Shown piece after piece: positions 12,667 to 25,252 of a stretch of 64,000 nucleotides of DNA (position 1 is the first letter of the stretch; every line of letters begins with the position of its first letter). A model generated the notes under the pieces. That model ran no database searches. It had not been told where the DNA came from and worked only from the letters and a program-made list of their open reading frames with translations. The DNA comes from Chrysomallon squamiferum (Eukaryota > Animalia > Mollusca), in assembly GCA_012295275.1 (NCBI GenBank), contig CM022672.1, forward strand, positions 6,696,001-6,760,000, in the 5' to 3' direction. The position numbers were made by a program, and so were the translations under genes.

Positions 12667-13803
12667 TATATATTTTTATAATTTATAATTCAATTTGGTT
12701 ATTTAAAGAACTCAGTTTTATTGTATTATTAAAAATTATGGAAATATTTAGGTATACTACTTGAAGCACATTCACGCGCCTGGATAGACATATACATTCA
12801 TGGTTTTATTTTCTGTTCAAGTAAGTATGCAGGGAATACATATGGCTAACAATGTTATCCACTTGGCTATTTAAAGCGTGACAATAATAATCTGTTTAGG
12901 ATATTTTAAGAACAATAAATAGCAGACAGGCGCTCTGATATCGTGATTCATCGAACTGATATCGGAAGTCCTTGCACTGATATCGGGATTTATCGCATCG
13001 ATATGTTGTTAACATTTTTTATTACTGATACTGCTATTATTATATTATTAATACTACTATTATTACTATTTCTGCAGCTGCTGCTGCTGCTATTACTACT
13101 ACTACAACTACAGCTGGTATTTTACTACAATTAAAAATTAAACTAATTTCATAATATACTGTTAGTGCTTTATGTTAGCTGCCATAACGAGTGTATATGT
13201 TTAATATCGAAAGTCGTTTTAACGTCAGGTTACGTTAGTTACGTACATTTCTAGCTAATGAAGAAATAATCTGTGCTTCGTTTTACCGATAAATTTATCA
13301 TTCCACTGATCTTTGATTTTCTTTCTTTCTTTACTTTTATTTTTTTTATTTTTTTATTTTTTTTACCCACCCCCAGACCTATTCTTTGCGCACAGTCTTG
13401 TTAAAGATCGATCTCTTGTTAGAGCTAGCGTTCTGTGACCGGTTTACAAATGTGTTCTCCTGACTGCGAGAAGGTGCATATAAAATATATTATTCTGCTA
13501 ATGGAAAACGTTTTTGATTTTCCATGGGTTGATAGTTCACCAGTTTAAGAAGCATTAGCTTACCTCGTATCGAGAGAGGACTCTAAAAGCTGGAGCTCTA
13601 GGGATGAAGCATCTGTGATCAGACCTATACTCTGACACTCTGAGGACGTAGTCTTTTAAATACTGATTCTCTCGCTGTTGTCGTAGTTGGTCCATGTTGG
13701 GATATTCCTTGGAATGGCGATACGTCACATTAGCTGGAGTGCCGCTGTACAGATGACGGATATTGTGATCAAGGATGGAATGGAATGTCAAACTGAAAGA
13801 CAT
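12007..13803 (-). CDS. Uncharacterised basic protein, 157 aa, PRAPAFR family paralog C (2 coding exons: 13803-13564, 12240-12007)
   Basis: Exon 1 MSFSLTFHSILDHNIRHLYSG...IPRAPAFRVLSRYE|GTAAGC. Exon 2 TTACAG|VDDVVTRLGNPTVAS...KYQGLKKVTRAEMEKIIERLNKPT...EVQA*. The phase-0 GT-AG intron joins in frame and restores the repeat seen uninterrupted in A and B. Confidence 0.85.
12584..12660. repeat. (GA)n microsatellite in the intron of paralog C
   Basis: Directly visible. Confidence 0.95.
12936..13003. repeat. Short 21-bp tandem repeat (CTGATATCG core, ~3 units)
   Basis: ctgatatcgtgattcatcgaa / ctgatatcggaagtccttgca / ctgatatcgggatttatcgca. Confidence 0.6.
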
Positions 13804-15641
13804 ATTCCGAGTTTTTTTGCTTCTTTGTTTTTACTTGTTATTATTTTTAAAAATCAAGCTGTAAAAAATGTTAAATCTGAGCTATCCCTGTCCCTGTTGA
13901 TACTCTGTTTAGTCCAACAGTAAATTTTTCTTCAGCTAAGGTGGGGTCCAGCTGTCTCCTACACCTGTGAAAACATACACACGTCTGTTTCTGCCAGGCC
14001 CGTCTCAGGCAGTTTAATCCGATAATCTTTTTATGTTGCTTGTTACGACGACTACCTTAATTTGCACTCCGAGAGCATTTATCCCCATTCAGGGTCAGTG
14101 CTGTGCTATAATCAAGAGGTATTTTGTATAATACATTCTCATAAGTAAAAAAAAAAAAAAAAAATCTTTTTCTACTTACCTTTCCAAATTATTTCCTCAA
14201 ACAGGTATCTTTATATTTATACTGTTTGGGTTATTTTTATTTTCTTTTCTAAGTAAAAAGTTGTTTCTGTTTGTCTTGAGATCGTGTGATCTTTGTCACT
14301 GATAACAGAATTAAAAGATTTTAAAAGATTTTTCATAGTTCCTTTTTCTCCAAAGCCCAATTTAATATTCATGAAGCTGCTGAATTTTCTAAAACTTTGT
14401 TCTCATATCAAACTTTAAAACACGAATGGCATCATAAACTACATTAAGTACAGAACGAATTAGAGACAAAAATATTTATTAGCTTAAAAATAATATATTT
14501 ATCCTCTATCATTTTCATGAAATAAATATTAAATTAATAAAACTTTTTACTAAGATACTCCATTTTGCCAGATATTTTAGTGAAATTTTTTTTAGTATCG
14601 CCCATTTGTCCCAAGATATTTCCAAATTGCCTCTTTTTGTGTTAAACAGGTTTTCGCGAAACCACCCCCTCTAATTTTCTGTTCAGATCCTCCCTTAACT
14701 AACCAGACAGCCGTTTCTATCACGCTATACATCTTACATAAGGTAACCACTGGGAGGTAGGATCAAATCGGTTTAACGGGTAAATCTCTAACAATTAATA
14801 ACGGGCGGATTAGGTTCACTCGTCCATACAAGAATCAACTGAGCGAGATCATTGCCTGTAACCAATGCTTGGAAGAGAGACACGAAGCCATAGCAGTTAG
14901 CCGTTGGAAACGAGTTTACGGTTTGACTTGATGCCAGTATCATTATTACTGAATAATCATGCAAGTGATACAAGCGATAACGCATAATGTTATCAGTTTC
15001 TTACTTTACAGTAATATATTTTTGTTTGGCAAGGTCGAGTTAATCAAGGTTACAGCGTTATTTGAAAGAAAAGTTCTACAGAGAGCAGTAAAACGAATGT
15101 AATTAATCAGGCAGGTTGCGTTTTTGATCTTGTATTAAAATCCCCAAGTAAATATAATAATAATAATAATAGTAATAAATAAATAAATAAATAAACAAAA
15201 AGAAAATAAATAAAATAAATAAATGTAAATAAATAAATAAACAACAACTGTCAACAAATTCTAATATTTTATTATAATGATATATTATATATAAATCAAA
15301 TCCAATTTCTCAGATAAAGTATACCATCCAAAACATTTACTGATTATTTTTAGTATTAATATACGAGTTTTATAACTGCCGATATAAATTTATGTCAAAA
15401 GACAACTATAACGATGATGATGACGATGATGTGGTCAACTTAATTGAAAAATAAAGTTTTTGATCTGGTGAGCTACAGATGACAAAAAGAGACCATTATT
15501 TTAAAAATTTAAAAATTAACAGATTAGTAAACTTTTTTTTTTTAATCTGCCCGATTCTAAAATATATAAAATCAGAAACATTATGCCGAGAAGTAATAAT
15601 AAATAAAATGTATTAAGATTATAAATTAAATACACTGTGAA

Positions 15642-15686
<45 letters not shown>

Positions 15687-17403
15687 TCAAATTTTGTTGA
15701 TGTTCATTTCAAAGAAAATTACTGAATTTTTTGTTCGATTGTTTTGATTCTGCGAATAAAAGATTTAAAAAAATCTACTAAGTTGTTATTATTTAAACAG
15801 CTTGTAATACTGTATGATTTAATGAACAAGAAATACTGATTTAACAAAAACTAAAAAAAAGAAGAAGAAAGAAAGAAAGAAAGGACTAAAAAAAAAAAAG
15901 GTTATGACAGAACAGATTCTAGAAATGGAAAACTTTTCAATATAATTAATTTTGTTCATTAATTACTTGTTACATTTTCAATCATAAATTATGGTACCTC
16001 TTTCTAACATCACTGGTCATAACTGAAACAATATTTAGAAATTAATAATAAAATCATAAATCAAAATAGAAGAATATTTTAATGACAAAGTACATGAAAA
16101 AGTTACATTGAAATTAACATTTAAATATAAATTTTAAGCCTATCTATTTGAATGTAAACTACTGAACTGAAACAAAAAAGCATGTGCCTCAAAATAAATC
16201 TAAAATCTACATACTACAAAGATGGAGCAAAATATGTTTTCCAAGCCAGAAATAAATTTATAAATGTCACAAATGAGAAAAAAAAAACAACAAAAAAACA
16301 TCTCATTAAAGATAAAATTATTTTGTCATGTTTGTAAGAACTATATAAAACAAAGAATAACAATAAAAACTTATAATGAATACAAAGACATTTTAACCAA
16401 CTGCCATTGTGGTTTTGTTTTCATGCTGAGAAACTGAAAATATTAATATTAATAATAATAATAAATAAATCATTCAAAAATTAGAAAAAACTGACTAACA
16501 CCCTTTGAAAAAAAAAAGTATAACAAAGACACTGAAATATTAAATTTTTTTTTTTTTTTTTTTTAGTTTTTATGAATTTCACAACTCTTCCTATATACAT
16601 AAAATGTTTTTAAAAAACAGTAATGACATTAACACATTTCATCTTTCTAACCTCCAAATATACACAAAGAAATTTAATAAACAAAAGCTTTTTTCATTAC
16701 TTTTAACAAATCGTTACATTTTATTTTTCAAATCCTAAATACACAAAATAAGTTTAAAAAAACAAAATTCCCAAAACACTTTTAAACACCAAATAACATA
16801 CATCTACATATATATATTTTTATACTTTCTTTATAACCTTGAATATGAAACTAAACTTTAGTACTGCATAACAATAATTTTTATTTATTTTTTACATGTA
16901 ACAATAAACACAGAGTTTTAGTTTGGCACTGAATCAAAATTATATGAATGAAAAAAAAAAAAAAAAAAAAATTAAAATTTGTTTATTTTCGATATATTTT
17001 CCTTACTTTCTCATATATAACATAAACCTATTTTAAACTTTATCAATAAGTTCTGATAAAGTCTCTACAAACTTAATATTTTAGATGAAAGTGATTTTTC
17101 AAAAACCTTAATGAAAATAATTTTGATCCCATGATACAGCATTTTTGGTTTTTCTCAGCATTGACTGCCAAACATCTGTGAACTGCCAGAAAAATATTAA
17201 CTACATTATATTTTTTATTTATTTGTGCATTATTAGTTAATGCAATTTTAAAACTAATGAAAACATTAGATGATTATTATTTATTTATTATTATCATTAA
17301 ACAATGTTTATAACTCACTGAATACTATGTCAATATTATTTTTAATTTTACATATTTAATTTTTTTAATTATATATTTATGAACTACTCTTAGTCCCATT
17401 ATT

Positions 17404-17439
<36 letters not shown>

Positions 17440-18542
17440 AAATCAGAAAAGAAAGAAATCTTAGTAATTTATTATTTTATTTATTTATTTATTTTTTCTT
17501 CTGAGGTTGAATCAGTGTAATATTTAGAGATTTTTCTGGTTAGAAAAAAGATTAAAATTGGGTTTTATGGGTTATTCTTCTGCATTAGCAGAAACAGATA
17601 TTTTTTTTTACACATTTCCCATTGACAGAGAAATACAGTGTTGAAATGAGGAAAAAAGGCTGTGCTAAAAGAAATCCCTAATTATACTGTATGTAGAAAC
17701 ACAAATTCCATACACTTTCTTTTTAATATACACTTATGTAAATATTTTTTACACATCTTATCCTTCTTCTTTTTTTTTTTTTTCATTCATTCAGCGATAT
17801 AACTGAAGAAAATAACAATTAACATTTAAGTGATGACCACTCCTTTTTATTTGCTCCAAACCCACAAAGTTGATATTATACCTTGAAAGATATATCAAAT
17901 ACTCTGCCACTTACATGTTTACACAATTGTATGTAATTATAGATATAAATATAAAAAGAGAAAGCAAAATACTAATACTAATACTAATAATAATAATAAT
18001 AATCACTAATAAAAAAGAAAAAGTCTTTTCCAACAATAAAAGAAACTTTTTGAAAATCCCACAGAATTTTTCTCTTTTCAAATTATGAAATGATCATGAA
18101 AGAATTTATTGCTAAAACAATCAAAGACATGTACTTCATTCATACACAAAAAATACTGTCAAGGCTGTTTGGAAAATAGAATATATCTGTGTTTTGAAGA
18201 GGTAGGGACATTATGTAATATAAAATTTGATGTCAGCACCAAGAACCCATGTGTGTAAAAACGTTCTAACCAAAAGCTACATTTCAGAGTATGAAGTTTA
18301 CACTGACAGGATCTAAAACAGAGTTTATAAGTACATAAAACAAACTGATGTTGTTTTACAAAAGAACACTCAGAAAAAAAAAGAAAAAAAAGAGTCAGAT
18401 CTTACATCTTTCTGGTCTTTATCCTGAAAGTTAAAATTATGTTTTCAAAATTTAAGATGAATGTTCTAAAAAAATGTAAATTTATATATATTTTTTTAAA
18501 TAAATTAAATTATAGAAATCCAGTTTGTGTATTTGTTCATCT

Positions 18543-18780
18543 ATAAAATTCTATTTCTGAAGATATATGAACATTATTTTAAAAAGAGTGACAAAAGAAA
18601 ATGAAAGATTAGTTTTAAATGAAATATAATTATAAATTTATTCATAATTCATCTGGATGGCCTTTATTGTAAATAAAATTCTATTTCTGAAGATATATGA
18701 AAATTATTTAAAAAAGAATGACAAAAGAAAGTGAACGATTGTTAAAAATGAATTATAATTATAAATTTATTCATAATTCA
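18543..18780. repeat. Direct tandem duplication of ~108 bp (18543-18651 and 18673-18780)
   Basis: Both copies read ATAAAATTCTATTTCTGAAGATATATGAA...TTATAAATTTATTCATAATTCA. Confidence 0.85.
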
Positions 18781-18998
18781 GATGTAACAAATTAACCAAA
18801 TATGTTAGTACCTAAGATGATTGTGTTATATGCATGTGCAAATGTATTAAAAATGTAATGATGTAACTTATTCTTGTGATTAAACATAATTTCCACTTCC
18901 AAATTTTAAAACTATTTTCATTTATGAATGATATTTGCATAAAATCTTACAGATAACTGTTTATAATAATTATATTTTGTAATTTAAACAATCAGATC

Positions 18999-19039
<41 letters not shown>

Positions 19040-19629
19040 ATAATGATAACAAAACATCTTTTATTTATCAAATTTTATACATGAAAATAAATTTGGAAAT
19101 AAGTTTAAAAATCATATTCTAAAAACATTATAGAACACTACACTTGTACTAGTAATCTGTTACGAAAATGCATTAAGCTGTTACACTTTCAACATAGCAA
19201 CATTTTGTTGTTTTGAACCTATTGTTCTGTACTTTGTTTCTGTATTATTATGTCCTCTGTTACAATGATGTCATGAGATCGAATTCAAAATATTTTTGGA
19301 AGGAACAAGTCAATAATAATTAGACCTCCATATTTGAAAAACCAGACTTCTTTTCACAAAGAAAACGCTTAAACGTCAAAGCATGCATTCAACTATTTTT
19401 ATGCAGTTGTTTGTCAATCATGCTTAAAATCAAAATATTTATACTGCTGACCATGTTAAGATGTTAAAATAATTTTTGATTTGAGCAAATTAAAAAGCAA
19501 ACTAATTAAGCCAAGGTCTCTTTCATATAAAGAATAAATGTAAGCTTTTAATTTTGTGGTAAATTTTTGAATAACTTTTTTCTATGCAAATAATAATAAT
19601 AATAATAAAAATAAAAATAAAAAAATAAA

Positions 19630-19682
<53 letters not shown>

Positions 19683-19819
19683 CAATAACAATAACAGTAA
19701 CTATTAAAAAAAAAAATTAATTTAAAAAAAATAAAAAGTAAAGAAAATACTTTCAAAAAGAAAATGCAGTGAAAAAGCTTATCTTTAAAATAAACTTCTT
19801 AAAACATTTTGGCTATGGT

Positions 19820-20735
19820 TTATTTTTTGGTCAGTGTGTTTGAAGCATATGTTAAATCTTTGAACTGGGAGAAGGGGGCGATGTCCTCTTCTGTCAGGTT
19901 GGAGATGATTTTCTTCTGGGCGCGATGTTTACTCACTAGAAGAACCAATGAGGCAATCCTGCCTCCTGCCTTGGTCAACTCCTCGAGGTTTACTCGATGT
20001 CTGGTGTACAGTATCTTCTCATCTATGCACTACAAGCAAGAGGATCTTTTAAAATTATGTTGTTAAAGAATATAATTATTATTTTAAAAGATTTAAAATA
20101 AATAAAACATTTTATCAAACAATAAAAAGTTTTATTTAATAAGTGTTAAAAATAAAAATAAAAATGTTATTGAAAAAAGAAAAAAGAAAATCGGAGAATA
20201 AAAATACATTTATCTAATAAGTATTAAAATAATAATAAAATTTTTTTATATGTAAATACTTAAATAAATAATAATAATAATTTTATTAAACATTAAACCT
20301 TAATTTTACTAAAATATGAAAATAATATGATTTGAAGTTAAACATTAATAATAAAGAAATAAAGAAATAAATAAACTAAAACTAATTCCTGGCTGTAATA
20401 AAATGGAAAGATAAGTCAATTAATGATTCACAAATATGATTCACAATTTATAAAACAAATTTTATTTTTAAACAATTATGTACTTGTAGTTCATAAATTG
20501 AAAAATATTTGATTTGTGTGAATAGACACAGTTAAAATAAAAAAATAAAAATAATGATGATGATAAAAATAAAAATAATAATAATGATAAATGTAATAAA
20601 CTTAAGAAAAAAGATCAATATATAACAATTACCAACCTTTAAATAAATAAATAAAAAGGGGTAAAAAAACATAATAATAATAATAATAATAAACACCCAC
20701 TGAATAGCTTTTTTAAAATTATAAACTGACCACTC

Positions 20736-20772
<37 letters not shown>

Positions 20773-21475
20773 AATAATTTTCTTAAATATATTCTGACAG
20801 CTCAACACATGCTTACAAGAGTAAGGATCACCTGAATCTCTAAGTGAGTGAAGAGATTATGTTCTTGTAATACTTTTGCTTGAGAATCATCAGAGGCAGA
20901 CAAGAGATAGCACGTGAACCGAACTGAGACATAGACAGTTCATGATGTTCCCAGCTCACATATTTCACAAGCTCCTGCAGTTCAAGCACAGAGCTGAGAT
21001 GAAGTTTGCAAGTGTCTGATACTTTTTCAAAGCCTTTGTTATAACACTCATGCATTCACGTTTCAAATATTCATGCATGTCATTTGGGATTTTTAATCAA
21101 ACACAGCAAAACCAGTTCAGTCATGTGTCAATAATTTTTTTGATAATCTAAATGCAGCCAGGCCAGCTAAGATTTATGAAGAAGTGGCAATAACAAGAAC
21201 ATTTCTTCAAAACATATGCAGGAGATGAACTAAATTAGGATTTGTTACTAAGAAAGCGTATTTCAGTTTTTGGTAAATATAGTTTTCTGCTGTTTTAATG
21301 CACTGACACAAGATCAAATAACATGGGTTGTTAACACATAAAGGTCAGCCATGCAGTTAAATATGTATTAGTATTTTACTGTTTATTTTACTTTTTTAAC
21401 AATGAGGTTTCTCTTCAATTACATATACAATATACACTACTTTCCACCCAGAATGCCAAAGGGGAACAACTCTGT

Positions 21476-21509
<34 letters not shown>

Positions 21510-23260
21510 CTATCAATTCATCATGCGCGTTAATATTAATGTTATTTTAATAATATTGTACAATCAAGATTTCTCTCGTATGTCTGCACAGGGAGTACTG
21601 AACAGAATAATTACTTCAAAAAGTGTTACCAAAACAAATTTAAATATATATTCTTGATATTTAAAAAAAATATATATAAATGGGAAATATATATAAAATA
21701 CAAATAATTTAAAAAATGGATAGTTATTTTCCCATTTATTAATAACTTAAAAATTATTGTATGTTCTCAAAATAAAAGATAAATAATAATAATAATATTA
21801 TTATTATTATATATATATTTCATTTTTATTTTTATATTTTTTTTTATTCATAAAGTAAAAAATAAAATTACCCTGATCTACAATCTACAGCCTGGAATAC
21901 ATGCATTTTATGCCCATAAGAATTTTAAAAAATAAAAAAATAAATAATTTTAAACCTAAATTTCCATCAACAATATTTAAGACTTTTTTTTTTTTTTTTT
22001 TTTTTTGTTAACAAATTAATAATAATTAAAAAAATTTAACATGTATTTTTTAAACAGGAAAAATAAAATATTTGGAAAAAGCATTCGAAATAAGAATATT
22101 TGTTTTTTAATTAGATTTTAAAATTTTAAAATACTACAGATAACAAAAATTAAATGTAAATTATAGCTTCTGAATGACATGTTACTTTGGCATGATGCAT
22201 ATTAAGTTACTACAGATTTATCAGTTCTCTAACAACAAAATTAATTTTTCTAAAAATGCACACCAAATCATAAAATAAAAATAAACAACTTGTTAATAAA
22301 CAATACATTTTTTTTAGTTCAGTTAAACTTGGAAAGAAATTTAACTGAATAAACATTGCAAAATCAATTATTAAAATTAAAAAATTAATATATAAAAAAA
22401 TCATAGTGAAAGAAATTAAATTTTTATGAGTAATTTTTTTTTTTAAATTAAAGATAAAAAATATTTAAAAAAAATTAAAAAATTGAAAACAATTAATCAA
22501 ATAAAATAAACAAAAGAACTCTAATAAATAAAAAATATTAAATATTAAGAAATGTATGCCTTATATTACATATTAATATTCTATATACTTATTACTTATT
22601 TTAAATTTATGAAAGAGGTCCTAATTCAAAAAAACATTTAAATCACAACAACGTCAGTAATTACTTGTGTATATAACTTATTCTACATTTTTGATTTAAA
22701 CTAGACCTAATTATTTAAACTTAATCAAACTGATATACTGATTAACAAAATAACTTCTGTGTAAAATTGCCAGTAATTTAACTCAGTATTACTGAACACG
22801 TAAACAAGCTAGATGATTTGTCAATGAGTAGTCATGGAAATCTTGACTGAAATGAAGACAAGTTTTGAATTAAAGCTAATATTCATACCCCATAGTTGTT
22901 GTCACCCATCTCTTCTCTAGTGCGATGCAGTAGTCGACCGTTGATGTAGAGCATGTCGATGGCAACTTGGGTGTTCAAGTGAAGAAGCTTGGAACGGTAT
23001 TCAGCAAGTTGTTCCATTTGCTACAACCAAATTTATAAACCTTTATAGATAAATTCAAAACTTTATATATATATATATATATATATGTACATATAACAGA
23101 TAAACAAAAAACACATTATTTTCATAAAATAAAACCTGCAGAAATATATTATGACTATCAGAATCTTTTAAAAAATTACGAATAAAAATAGTTAACATTT
23201 CTTTATTTCTCTTTCAAAATCAAAAATCTAAACCAAAACATTCTTTCTCTCAACCTCTCT

Positions 23261-23291
<31 letters not shown>

Positions 23292-25171
23292 TTTTTTTTA
23301 ATTTAATGTTCATATTTTTCAGAAAATATATTAAAATATACACACTGGCGACATATTTTATATCTCCTTAAAACTGATAAAATAAAATAAAATAAATAAA
23401 CAAATAAATAAATAACAGAAAAAGAAGAAGAATTATAATAATAATAGTAAAATAATGTAAAATAAAACAAGTTTATTTTGCATCCATGTTATTAAGAAAT
23501 AAAAAAGACGTACTGCACGGATTGATTTTCCCTCTTTTCCATCACAGATAGCAAGGATGTCTCTGCCTGCGACGTTGATGGCGTTCTTCAGATGAATGAT
23601 GTCAAGATCGGCGATGTTGATTGGAGTTACAGGGTATTCTGGGAAGGCATCAACGACCGCCTGAGCACCCCCTTCATTGGTTCTCTTTCCAACACCAACA
23701 AGGATTTCTTTGCCTAAAATAACAAAACGTAACCGATTTATAAAAATCTGTGTCTGAAATCATAAAAATATAAATAATTAAAATATGAAATATAAAAACT
23801 AATACTGGGCTGCTTTTAATGTATCTTTGCCAAAAATTGAAGAAACATAATTAGTTTTTTTTTAATTTGAAAAATCATTAAAATATAAAAATAACTAAAT
23901 TTGGGATGTTTTAAGATACATGAAATGTAATTTGTTTTTGGGGAAATTTTAATCTGAATAATAATTAAATATGAAATATAATAATAATGTAGGGTTGTTT
24001 TGGGATATATTTTTGCCTAAAATGGTAGAAATATAACTAATTTTAAGGAGCTTTTATCTGGAAAACCAATGAAATATGAAACATAATTACTCATTTTGGG
24101 TCTTTAAATTGTAGAAATGTAATTAAACTTATTAGAATTTTTAATAATTTTTGTTTTAAATCTTTTCTTAAAATCATAGAAATATAAGTAGGTTTGCTCT
24201 ATTTATGAATTTGAAAAATCATTAAAATGCTTTGTTTCTGTACAGTTTATTTTAATTTTTCACACATGAAATGGAAGAAACAAAAAACATTTTGTTTTGT
24301 GGTTTTGAACCCATTGTTCTGTACTTCTGTATTATTGTGTCCTCTGTTACAATATATTAACTATGTCACCAATGAGTGTGTCTACCTAGACTTTAGCAAA
24401 ATATTAAACTAAAGCAAAGAAATTGGCCATATACAACCATAATACTGGTCTACTTGAACTGATGAAAATTTGCTGATACACACCAGATGTTTATGACATA
24501 ATTCAAACATGTTCTGACTGCTACAAGGTCATTATTGCTTCAGGAGAAATCAATATCATGGCTATTATAATGTTCAAGAAGTTAAAATTTAAAAAACAAA
24601 ACAAAAAAAAACAATTCACTTTTTAAAAACAAAAAACAAAACAAAATTATAACAAAAACTATAAAAAATAATACAAATTAAAACAAAAAAAATAAAAAAA
24701 TAAAAAAATAACAAAAAACTGAATTTTTATTGAATATTAATTAAAGAAAATACATAGCAGCATCAAGTAACACCATAAAATTAAGTATTTTTAAACTGAT
24801 TGAGAAATAATTGTCAATGGTTTGTCTGAACTTCCGACAGATCGATATTGACTATAAACTGCTGCCCTGCAGGTAAACATGTAATTGTGAATATATTCAT
24901 CAAATAACAGGAAATAGTCTCTCACTGTGGTGATATTAATCAATTATGTTTATTGATTTTGTGGACAGTTGTTGTCTGGAAATAACAAAACTTTTTACAT
25001 GGGACATTAATAATTCTGATTCATTATAAACTATATTTGTACTGGAAATGAAAATAGTAATATATTGATGAACAAAACTGACATGGCGTATTAAGTTAGC
25101 TGTGTGCTTATTCATTTATATGCACATTCACATCAATCACACACAAACATAAACAGATCACTCACACACAA

Positions 25172-25252
<81 letters not shown>

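Noticed and set aside
14030-14050. RFX X-box-like GTTGCTTGTTAC upstream of paralog C supporting a ciliary role
   Set aside because: Imperfect spacing and no clear equivalent upstream of A or B; not distinguishable from chance.
20801-21055. GC-richer patch / 71-aa ORF in DDAH intron 4 as an alternative Cys-containing exon
   Set aside because: No DDAH C-terminal motif and no convincing in-phase splice sites on the minus strand.
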